Assembly (NCBI GenBank): GCA_037440125.1
Contig: JBBIUU010000008.1
Coordinates: 1-59,564 of the forward strand
DNA length: 59,564 nt
DNA from: Acidobacteriota bacterium
GTDB lineage: Bacteria; Acidobacteriota; UBA4820; DSQY01
Direction of reading: 5' to 3'
Shown here one piece after another: positions 52,993-59,564 of the stretch. Under the pieces are notes generated by a model that was not told the DNA's origin, did not search any database, and saw nothing but the letters and a program-made list of their open reading frames with translations. The translations under genes were made by a program, and so were the position numbers. Within the stretch, counting starts at the first letter, position 1. Each line of letters begins with the position of its first letter.

Positions 52993-53796
52993 TCACTCGC
53001 ACTTCAGCCCGTAGAGGTCGGGCCTGCGGTCCTGGAAGACGCGCATCCGCCCCCGGGCTCCCTCCACCTCGTCGAGATCGAGGGTCACGGTGAGGAGTTC
53101 CTCCCGCGACTCGCTCCCCTCGGCGAGGACCTCGCCCCACGGCCCGATGGCCATGGAGGTCCCGAAGTAGGTCACGCCGCCCTCCCCCTCGGACCCCACC
53201 TGGTTGACCCCGACGACGAAGCACTGCTCCTCGATGGCCCGGGCCTGGACGAGGACCCTCCAGTGCTCGCGCCGCGGGTAGGGAAAGGCCGTGGGCATCA
53301 GCACGAGGCGCGCCCCCCTGAGCGCGTAAGCCCGGAAGAGCTCGGGGAAGCGGACGTCGTAGCAGATGGCGAGTCCGACCGCACCCCACGGCGTCTGCGC
53401 CACCGTGAGGTCGTCCCCGGGTGCGAGGTGGCGGTCCTCCCCCACGAAGCTGAAGAGGTGGACCTTGCGGTAGAGGGCCCGCCGGTGGCCCAGCGGGTCG
53501 AAGAGGACCGCCGTGTTGGCCGTTCGCCCTTCGGCATCGGGCAAGGGCATGGAGCCGCACAGCCACAGGCCGTGCCGGCGGGCCAGCCCGGCGACGCGCC
53601 CGGCGAGCTCCTCGTGGCGGGTCCTGGATCCTTCGATCCATTCCCAATCGAAGCCCGTGGTCCACATCTCGGGGAAGCAGGCGAGCTGGCTGCCCCGGCC
53701 CGCGGCCGCGGCGAGCAGCGCGTCGGTCTTCGCAAGATTGGCCTCAGGGTCCGAGCGCTCCACGCGCATCTGGGCGAGGGAGAGGACGAGGTTCAC
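52993..53796 (-). CDS. Carbon-nitrogen hydrolase (nitrilase superfamily)
   Basis: GTG at 53796 after GGGAGG. (V)NLVLSLAQMRVERSDPEANL...ACFPEMW...YRKVHLF...GLAICYDVRFPELFR (Glu-Lys-Cys triad context). Confidence 0.85.
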   Translation of the reverse strand: MNLVLSLAQMRVERSDPEANLAKTDALLAAAAGRGSQLACFPEMWTTGFDWEWIEGSRTRHEELAGRVAGLARRHGLWLCGSMPLPDAEGRTANTAVLFDPLGHRRALYRKVHLFSFVGEDRHLAPGDDLTVAQTPWGAVGLAICYDVRFPELFRAYALRGARLVLMPTAFPYPRREHWRVLVQARAIEEQCFVVGVNQVGSEGEGGVTYFGTSMAIGPWGEVLAEGSESREELLTVTLDLDEVEGARGRMRVFQDRRPDLYGLKCE

Positions 53797-54068
53797 CTTG
53801 CGCCTCCCGATGTTTCGTGCCGACGGCTCCCCGCCAGCCTGTCCAGGAGCCATCCCGCCACGAACCCGAGCACGGCATAGAGCACCGTCGTGAAGAGGAC
53901 AGCCTCCGAGTCGGTGACCCCGCGCCCACCGAAGATGAGGGAGGGGAAGAGGAAGAGGACCGTACCCGCGGCCTCCGTGGCGGGGAACTTCATGAGGCCC
54001 CATCCCAGGGCGCCGAACGCCGCTCCGGCCGTGAGGCCGGCCCACCGCAGAAGGCGCGCGCCCCTCAT
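53793..54068 (-). CDS. Small membrane protein (about 3 TM), hypothetical
   Basis: 91 aa with a good RBS (GGAGGAGAACACCC ATG) and hydrophobic segments. GTGA overlap with the hydrolase gene. Confidence 0.6.
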   Translation of the reverse strand: MRGARLLRWAGLTAGAAFGALGWGLMKFPATEAAGTVLFLFPSLIFGGRGVTDSEAVLFTTVLYAVLGFVAGWLLDRLAGSRRHETSGGAR

Positions 54069-54087
54069 GGGTGTTCTCCTCCGCCGG

Positions 54088-54309
54088 TCAGTGACGCTCG
54101 AGGATCCGGTCGCAGCGATCCGAGGCGTTGGGCAGGAGATCGCCGGGGACGGCGCTCCGCCCGAGAGCGCGGTAGACCTGGTACCGGGCGCACGCCTCGA
54201 AGTCGCCCCGGCAGTATTGCTCCTTCATGAGCGACGCGGTGATGGGCAGGTGCCCCATCTTGTCGTTGAAAAATATGCACGTGCTTAGAAGTTCGCATTC
54301 GTTCGCCAT
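54088..54309 (-). CDS. Cys-rich small protein (73 aa), hypothetical
   Basis: MANECELLSTCIFFNDKMGHLPITASLMKEQYCRGDFEACARYQVYRALG... with a C-x6-C ... C-x6-C pattern. The 5' part is locally lower in GC. Confidence 0.6.
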   Translation of the reverse strand: MANECELLSTCIFFNDKMGHLPITASLMKEQYCRGDFEACARYQVYRALGRSAVPGDLLPNASDRCDRILERH

Positions 54310-54376
54310 TGGACCCGTCCGTCCAGATTGAATGTGGTGCCTCGGAGCTGGAGAAACAAGGGCAGGGTGCCCGAAA

Positions 54377-54829
54377 TCACAGGACGCCGAGAGCCTTCCG
54401 CATCCTCACGCGGTCGAAGACGCCGCCGTAGGCGCCCCGCTCGACCGAGACCACCTCGAAGCCCACCCTGCCGAAGAAGCCCGCCACCTCCGGAATGGTC
54501 TGGAGGATCACGGACCGCACGCCGGGCGTCTCTCTGATCCGGTCCATGCGGTACTTTAGCAGGAGGCGGCCGAGGCCGGTGCCGTGCAGGTCCCTTCGCA
54601 CCAAGCCCCAAGAGAGTCCGGCGGTCTCCTCCCCCTCGAGGAACCACCCGCCGCACGCCACCACCCGGCCCCCGTCCTCCACGACCACGTAGCTTCCGGG
54701 ACCCCGGTCGAGGAAGGCCGCGTAGTCCGCCTGGTCGGAGGAAAGGAAGAACTCGGGCGTGTTGCTCCGGAGGATGCCCAGGCACGCCTCCCGGTCCGAG
54801 GGATCGTAGGGCCGGACGAGGGCGCTCAC
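54377..54829 (-). CDS. GNAT-family N-acetyltransferase
   Basis: GTG at 54829 overlaps the YdeI stop. ...VVACGGWFLEG...GLVRRDLHGTGLGRLLLKYRMDRI... Confidence 0.8.
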   Translation of the reverse strand: MSALVRPYDPSDREACLGILRSNTPEFFLSSDQADYAAFLDRGPGSYVVVEDGGRVVACGGWFLEGEETAGLSWGLVRRDLHGTGLGRLLLKYRMDRIRETPGVRSVILQTIPEVAGFFGRVGFEVVSVERGAYGGVFDRVRMRKALGVL

Positions 54830-55416
54830 CTCAGCCCCAGCCTCTCGCCGCGCTCGAGTTTGGCGATGGCCTCGGCGGCTCGGCGCGCCCTCGTCTCGGG
54901 ACGCTTGGCCTCGGCGATCCACCGGACGTAGAGGCGCCGGTAGGAGGGCGCGAGCGACGTGAACGTCGCCCTGGCCGCGGCGTTGCCCTCCAGGCCTGTG
55001 GCCAGTTCCGCCGGGACCTCCGACTCCGAGGCGCACTTCCGTTCGGAGTGCTCGTGGAGGTCGGCGGGGAGGTTGGCGATTCCGGCGGGCGCCATCCGCC
55101 CCTCGGCGAGAAGCCGCTTGGCGTGGGCGCGGTTGACCTCCGACCACCGGCTCCCCGGGCGGCGGGGCGTGAAGCGCTGGGTGAAGCGATCGTCGTCGAG
55201 GCGGCGGCGGACCCCGTCGATCCACCCGAAGCAGAGCGCCTCCTCGAGCGCCTCGGGGTACGTCACGCTCGCCGTGCCCGAACCCTTCTTGAAGTAGACG
55301 ATCCAGACCTCGGCGGCGCTCCCGTGATGGGTCTGGAGCCAGTTGCGCCAGGCCGCCTGATCGCGGAAGGTCAGGGACCTCCCGCCGGCTCTCGGTGGCT
55401 TGCGGGCGACCGTCAC
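54826..55416 (-). CDS. YdeI/OmpD-associated family protein
   Basis: GTG at 55416. ...FRDQAAWRNWLQTHHGSAAEVWIVYFKKGSG...EALCFGWIDGVRRRLDD...RRLYVRWIAEAKRPETRARR. Confidence 0.8.
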   Translation of the reverse strand: MTVARKPPRAGGRSLTFRDQAAWRNWLQTHHGSAAEVWIVYFKKGSGTASVTYPEALEEALCFGWIDGVRRRLDDDRFTQRFTPRRPGSRWSEVNRAHAKRLLAEGRMAPAGIANLPADLHEHSERKCASESEVPAELATGLEGNAAARATFTSLAPSYRRLYVRWIAEAKRPETRARRAAEAIAKLERGERLGLR

Positions 55417-55883
55417 CGGTTCAGCCTCCACAGCGCGACGTTGAGGACGGACGCGAAGGACACCCAGGCCAGGTAGGGGACGAAGAGGAGGCCCGCCGCG
55501 CGGCTCTGGGCCCAGAAGGCCACCAGAGTGGCGGCGATGAGCGCCCATAGGACGAGGATTTCCGCCAGCGCCAGGCCCGGGCGGTGGAGGCCGAAGAAGA
55601 GCCAAGACCACGCGCCGTTGAGGAGGAGCTGGGCGACGAAGAGGCCGAGGGCCACGGGCGCGCCCGCGAAGCCTCCCCGCCGCCAGACGAGCCACGCCGC
55701 CACGGCCATCCCTAGATAGAGCGCGGTCCAGACGGGGGCGAAGATCCACGAGGGCGGGTTGAACGGGGGCTTGTCCAGCTGGGCGTACCACGCGCCGGGC
55801 GGGAACAGGCTCCCCACCGCCGCGGCGGTGAAGCACGCCGCGATCCATCCCCCGAGCCCGGCCCACAGCTTCCACCCCTCCAT
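55413..55883 (-). CDS. tspO: TspO/MBR family tryptophan-rich sensory protein
   Basis: ATG at 55883 after AGGAGG; the track ORF starts at an upstream GTG that lies within the RBS. ...WYAQLDKPPFNPPSWIFAPVWTALYLGMAVAAWLVW...LLNGAWSWLFFG... Confidence 0.9.
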   Translation of the reverse strand: MEGWKLWAGLGGWIAACFTAAAVGSLFPPGAWYAQLDKPPFNPPSWIFAPVWTALYLGMAVAAWLVWRRGGFAGAPVALGLFVAQLLLNGAWSWLFFGLHRPGLALAEILVLWALIAATLVAFWAQSRAAGLLFVPYLAWVSFASVLNVALWRLNR

Positions 55884-55905
55884 GCGCGCCCTCCTCACCG
55901 CCCGG

Positions 55906-56415
55906 TCAGCGCTTCGGGGCCTTGCCGGGCCTGGGGCGCGGGACCTTCGGCACGCATCCCCTTCGGTAGACCATGATGGTGCGTTCGAACGTCATGACCT
56001 CCGCGCCGTCCTGGTTGAAGCCCGTGGTCCTGAAGGTCACGAGGCCCATCTTCGGGCGGGACCTGGAGACGCGCCTCGAGAGCACCTCGCTGCGGGCGTA
56101 GAGCGTGTCCCCGGCAAAGACGGGATGCGTGAGGCGGACGCGGTCCCACCCCAGGTTGACGGCGTTCTGCGAGAGGTCCGAGACGGAGAGCCCCGTCACG
56201 AGCGCGAGGGTGAGCGTGGAGTCCACGAGGGGCCTGCCGAACTCCGTCCGGGCGGCGTAGGCCGCGTCGAAGTGGATGGGGTTGGAGTTGAGGGTGAGGA
56301 GCGTGAACCACGTGTTGTCGGTGTCGGTGAGCGTCCGGCCGAGGGGGTGCTCGTACGCGTCCCCCACCGCGAAGTCCTCGTAGACGCGACCGCTCCAGCC
56401 CTTCTTCACGGCCAT
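55906..56415 (-). CDS. MaoC-like (R)-specific dehydratase
   Basis: 169 aa, ...TDNTWFTLLTLNSNPIHFDAAYAARTEFGRPLV... Confidence 0.85.
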   Translation of the reverse strand: MAVKKGWSGRVYEDFAVGDAYEHPLGRTLTDTDNTWFTLLTLNSNPIHFDAAYAARTEFGRPLVDSTLTLALVTGLSVSDLSQNAVNLGWDRVRLTHPVFAGDTLYARSEVLSRRVSRSRPKMGLVTFRTTGFNQDGAEVMTFERTIMVYRRGCVPKVPRPRPGKAPKR

Positions 56416-56425
56416 CGTGTCGCCC

Positions 56426-57196
56426 TCAGAACCTCAGCGAGAGGCAGCTCAGCCCGCCGTCCATCTTCCGGTACTCGGACATGTCGATGGGGACCGTGGC
56501 GTAGCCGGCCCCGGACAGCGTCCGTTCCAGGCCGGGGAAGCCCGCGGGGAGGAGCACGGCGTCGTTCACGCGGATGCAGTTGGCCGCGTAGGATTCTCCG
56601 TCGGCCACGGGGAGGACGGCGTAACCGCGGAAGGCCTCGTGGGACGCGAGGGCGCCGATGGCCACGATGCGCCCCTCCCCCACGTAGGACACGCCGCTCT
56701 TGAGGTGGAGGATCCCGGGCACGCCGCGGATGTCCACCACGCTCGACGTGTGGCCCAAGCCCTGAAGGATCCTCGCGAGCCCCGCCGCACCGGCCTCGTC
56801 CGTGCGCCCCGAGAGGCCGATGAAGAAGTGCCCGTCGGCGTCGCAGATATCGCCGCCGTCCACGGTGCCCGGCGGCCGGATCATCTCGAGGCGCCCGAAG
56901 TGCCGCACGAGAGCGCGGGCGTTGCCGATCACCTCGCCGACGCGGCTGGGCGCCCCCGGCCGCGTGAGGATGGCGCAGGTGTCCGTGAGCACGGCCGTGT
57001 CCTCGACGAAGGTGGAATCGGGGAAGCGCTCGTCGGGCTCGAGCCGGATGAGCGCCAGGCCGCAACGCTCGAGGGCCTCGCAGTAGCCCTCGTGCTGCGC
57101 CAGGGCGAGGGCGAGGTCGGGCGCACCCAGGCCCGAGGTGGTGAGGCCGTCGGCGAAGGTGGCTCCGGGCGGACGTACGATGGCGTGGCTGAACAT
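56426..57196 (-). CDS. Dimethylarginine dimethylaminohydrolase-type amidinotransferase
   Basis: 256 aa, MFSHAIVRPPGATFADGLTT...DSTFVEDTAV...HLKSGVSYV...MDGGLSCLSLRF. Confidence 0.85.
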   Translation of the reverse strand: MFSHAIVRPPGATFADGLTTSGLGAPDLALALAQHEGYCEALERCGLALIRLEPDERFPDSTFVEDTAVLTDTCAILTRPGAPSRVGEVIGNARALVRHFGRLEMIRPPGTVDGGDICDADGHFFIGLSGRTDEAGAAGLARILQGLGHTSSVVDIRGVPGILHLKSGVSYVGEGRIVAIGALASHEAFRGYAVLPVADGESYAANCIRVNDAVLLPAGFPGLERTLSGAGYATVPIDMSEYRKMDGGLSCLSLRF

Positions 57197-57218
57197 GGCT
57201 CCTCCGCTGAAGGGGTCG

Positions 57219-57698
57219 TCAGGCGCCCAGCTTCTTCTCGAAGCAGGCGCTCATGGTGTTGTCCTTGTAGATGCCGTAGCGGCCGATGCGCGTGTAGCCC
57301 GCTTTCACGTAGAGGTGGATGGCCTCGGGCTGGAGAAGCCCCGTCTCGAGCCGGATGATGGTGTAGCCGTGGTCCTTCGCCAGGCTCTCGAGCTTGGCGA
57401 GGATGGCGCGCGAGACCCCGCGGCCCCGCGCGGTGGGATTCACGTACATCCGCTCGATCTCGGCGATATGGGGCTCCGCTCCGCCGTAGGGCCGGAGCGC
57501 GCCGCACCCCACGGCCTCCCCCTCCATCCGCGCCAGGACGAAGGCGCTGCGGGGCTCATGGGGCCTCTCGGGCACGGTGGCGCCCGCGCCCGGCTCCCCG
57601 TAACGCTCGCCGAGCTCCTCCGATAGCTCCCGGAGGAGCCGGACCGCCTCAGGTCGCGAGGGGTCGGCGTTGACGACCAGAAGTGCGCCCTCTGTCAT
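57219..57698 (-). CDS. GNAT-family N-acetyltransferase
   Basis: ATG at 57698. ...IERMYVNPTARGRGVSRAILAKLESLAKDHGYTIIRLETG... Confidence 0.85.
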   Translation of the reverse strand: MTEGALLVVNADPSRPEAVRLLRELSEELGERYGEPGAGATVPERPHEPRSAFVLARMEGEAVGCGALRPYGGAEPHIAEIERMYVNPTARGRGVSRAILAKLESLAKDHGYTIIRLETGLLQPEAIHLYVKAGYTRIGRYGIYKDNTMSACFEKKLGA

Positions 57699-58207
57699 CG
57701 CGATCGCTCCCTCCCCCCGCTCTCGCCTGCCATCATATCCCCACCGGCGGCCGACAGGTCGAGGTCGAAGACCGCCTGCGTCTTGCAGACCGCGAATCCC
57801 AGGCGGAGGTAGAAGACCCGCGTGCGCTCCCTCACCACGTTGCTCCGCACCCTCACCTTCGCCACGCCGCGGCTCCGGGCCCACGCCACGGAAGCCCGGA
57901 CGAGGGTCTCGCCGATGCCCCGCCCTCGCCACGCCTCCTCCACCACCAGGCCGCGGATCTCGGCGTACGGCTCGGACTCCACGGTCCGCTCCACGCTCGC
58001 GTGGACCCAGCCCGTCACCGCGCCGCGCCCGTCCACCGAGACCATGACCGCGTGCGCCGCGGGCAGGGCGAGCAGGTGCGCCAGGCGCGATCCGACCGCC
58101 TCCTCCGTCGAGGGGTAGCCGAGCTCCCCCGAGAGGCGCGCGAGGAACGGCGCGTCCGCCGGGGTCGCGTCGCGGATCTCGGTGGTGTCCGACACTTCAG
58201 CGGCCAA
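57695..58207 (-). CDS. GNAT-family N-acetyltransferase (start uncertain: TTG at 58207 or GTG four codons downstream)
   Basis: ...IRGLVVEEAWRGRGIGETLVRASVAWARSRGVAKVRVRSNV... Confidence 0.8.
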   Translation of the reverse strand: MAAEVSDTTEIRDATPADAPFLARLSGELGYPSTEEAVGSRLAHLLALPAAHAVMVSVDGRGAVTGWVHASVERTVESEPYAEIRGLVVEEAWRGRGIGETLVRASVAWARSRGVAKVRVRSNVVRERTRVFYLRLGFAVCKTQAVFDLDLSAAGGDMMAGESGGRERSR

Positions 58208-58237
58208 CCCTCGTCTCCTCCGGCACGGGCGCGACGT

Positions 58238-59125
58238 TCATGGGCCCATCCCTGCGGTGTAGTGTCCCATGAACCGCTCGATGGTGAGCGGCGCGCTACC
58301 CTCGAAGTGGTTGTTCACGTTGACGTAGACCGAGACGCCCGCATCCACGAGGGCCGCGGCGCCCTCGGCGATGGCGGCGAGCTCGGCGTCGCGGGGCGAG
58401 ACGATGCGGTCCCAGGCCTTCCCTGTCTCCGCCTCGATGCCCTCGCGGTCGGGCCCGTGGAGCCGCATCACGATGGTGGGGAACCGGTTCAGTCGCTCCC
58501 GCTCCCGCGCCATGAGCTCGTGCACGGGGGGCATCCAGTAGCCCTGGAGGAGGACGGGCGCGTACCGGTGCTCCAGAAGAAAGTCCAGGAGCGGCGCGCC
58601 CACGTAGTTGGGATTTCGCAGCTCGACGGCAACCTCGAGATCTCCAGGCAGGGCGCTCCTGAACGCGGCAAGGCGCTCCATGAGGGTCTTGGCCGAAGGC
58701 ATCTTCTGGCGGTTGAGGTACTCGAACTGGAGGATCACCGGCCCGAGCACGTCGCGGAGCGGCGCCAGGGAGTCCAGGAAATCGCGGGCGAGGTCGGCGG
58801 AGAGGAAGTTCGCGTTGGGGTCGCCGGGGCGCCCCCGCTCGCGGCTGTAGGCGTGGGTGAGCGTCAGGCTGTTGGGCGCCTTCACGGTGAACCGGAACCC
58901 TCCGTCCACCGCGGCGCGGTAGGCCTCCACGTCCCGGGCGTCGGGCAGCTTGACCCTGGCGCCGAAGAGGGACCAGAACCACTGGTCCACCTCGACGGTC
59001 GAGTAGCGCCGCGCGTACTCCGCGAGGTAGTCGATCCCCGCGGGCCGGGAGTAGACGATCCCGCTCCACGACGGGTACTTCCACGAGCACGTGCCGATGC
59101 GGAGGGATCCTGTGCCGCCCGTCAC
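58238..59125 (-). CDS. DUF72-family protein
   Basis: GTG at 59125 overlaps the upstream stop. ...LRIGTCSWKYPSWSGIVYS...YSTVEVDQWFWSL...ILQFEYL...VNVNNHFEGSAPLT. Confidence 0.85.
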   Translation of the reverse strand: MTGGTGSLRIGTCSWKYPSWSGIVYSRPAGIDYLAEYARRYSTVEVDQWFWSLFGARVKLPDARDVEAYRAAVDGGFRFTVKAPNSLTLTHAYSRERGRPGDPNANFLSADLARDFLDSLAPLRDVLGPVILQFEYLNRQKMPSAKTLMERLAAFRSALPGDLEVAVELRNPNYVGAPLLDFLLEHRYAPVLLQGYWMPPVHELMARERERLNRFPTIVMRLHGPDREGIEAETGKAWDRIVSPRDAELAAIAEGAAALVDAGVSVYVNVNNHFEGSAPLTIERFMGHYTAGMGP

Positions 59126-59373
59126 GGGCGCCCCTCCCCGCCCGGGCCCCGGCGCGCTCGGCGCTCGCGGCGGGCGCGCGCCCAGTCCTCGCCCCGCGTG
59201 AGGAGCCGGGCACTCCACGTCCCCACCCCCAGGCGCGTGAGGAAGGCGTCGAGTCTCGAGAGCAGCGCCATCACCCACTGGTCCGCCGTGGCCGTCAAGA
59301 TCACGAGCACGAGAGCGGCCACGAGGGCCACCGCCAGCAGGGCCACCAGCGTCTGGTTCAGGAGGTCGGGCAT
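59122..59373 (-). CDS. Small single-TM protein, hypothetical
   Basis: 83 aa, MPDLLNQTLVALLAVALVAALVLVILTATA... with an Arg-rich tail. Coupled to the DUF72 gene. Confidence 0.45.
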   Translation of the reverse strand: MPDLLNQTLVALLAVALVAALVLVILTATADQWVMALLSRLDAFLTRLGVGTWSARLLTRGEDWARARRERRARRGPGGEGRP

Positions 59374-59564
59374 TCGTCGCAGAAACCCAGCGTGAGGACG
59401 GTTTCGGGCCCGCCGCCGGCGGGCGACAGCCGCACTTCGGCGTAGGAGCCGAGAATCACGAGGTAGGGGTACTCCACGAAGGTGTCCGGTTCGTAGGCCG
59501 CGGCGCCTTCGCCCGAGCCCTCTACGGTAACCGCGTTCTGGTCGAGCCGCACGGAGAGGTGGGG
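59358..59564 (-). CDS. Hypothetical protein, C-terminal fragment; the ORF is open to the right edge
   Basis: The frame remains open to position 59564. ...VRLDQNAVTVEGSGEGAAAYEPDTFVEYPYLVILGSYAEVRLSP... No family recognised. Confidence 0.4.
   Translation of the reverse strand, partial: PHLSVRLDQNAVTVEGSGEGAAAYEPDTFVEYPYLVILGSYAEVRLSPAGGGPETVLTLGFCDECPTS

Overview
This is a 59.6-kb window of high-GC bacterial chromosome. My hand counts of typical 60-nt lines give about 68-70% GC. I call about 58 protein genes, and all but five are on the minus strand. lpxB, SurA-type chaperones, a TonB-type receptor and OMP beta-barrels indicate a Gram-negative organism. An Acidobacteriota-like lineage is only a guess, based on the CarboxypepD_reg-TonB receptor and the sulfatase-TPR proteins.

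Layout from left to right:
- 1-8951: the classical transcription/translation locus, with the same gene order as E. coli thrU-tyrU-glyT-thrT-tufB-secE-nusG-rplKAJL-rpoB. An rpmG gene and a tRNA-Trp sit between tuf and secE.
- 9125-30774: a TonB-dependent-type receptor, then housekeeping genes (serS, pdxA, Hfq-like, ricT/PSP1, accA, dnaE, guaA, dus, S4, two SurA/PpiC proteins, mfd, rfaE-II, a LivK-like binding protein).
- 30880-35006: two tandem sulfatase-like/TPR paralogs.
- 35134-40038: an operon of OPT transporter, exported NDT-like protein, DUF4404, secreted D-Ala-D-Ala dipeptidase and a hypothetical, with a His-rich micro-ORF upstream.
- 40136-47754: lpxB, rpmB, a lipoprotein, metH and a fused Hcy-methyltransferase/MTHFR.
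- 47972-49474: a lower-GC outer-membrane barrel gene (about 57% GC).
- 50087-59564: a run of accessory genes (V4R-like, beta-propeller/PKD, C-N hydrolase, Cys-rich small protein, three GNATs, YdeI, TspO, MaoC, DDAH, DUF72).

I see no CRISPR array, integrase, transposase or recognisable defence genes.

Most unusual observations:
1. The EF-Tu in the canonical tufB slot has a Cys4 knuckle, and its G4 and switch-I motifs are degenerate.
2. RpoB carries an insertion of about 60 aa with eight Cys in its N-terminal region.
3. Nearly every larger intergenic spacer contains short tandem 7-8-nt repeat arrays. These often form imperfect inverted pairs, and one 8-mer family (CCGGCTCN) recurs at four loci.
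4. The OPT / NDT-like / DdpX operon.
5. The lower-GC OMP gene, with a palindrome-dense upstream region and a G10 tract.

The many very long ORFs antisense to real genes are GC-driven shadow ORFs. No single clear novel system can be demonstrated from the sequence alone.
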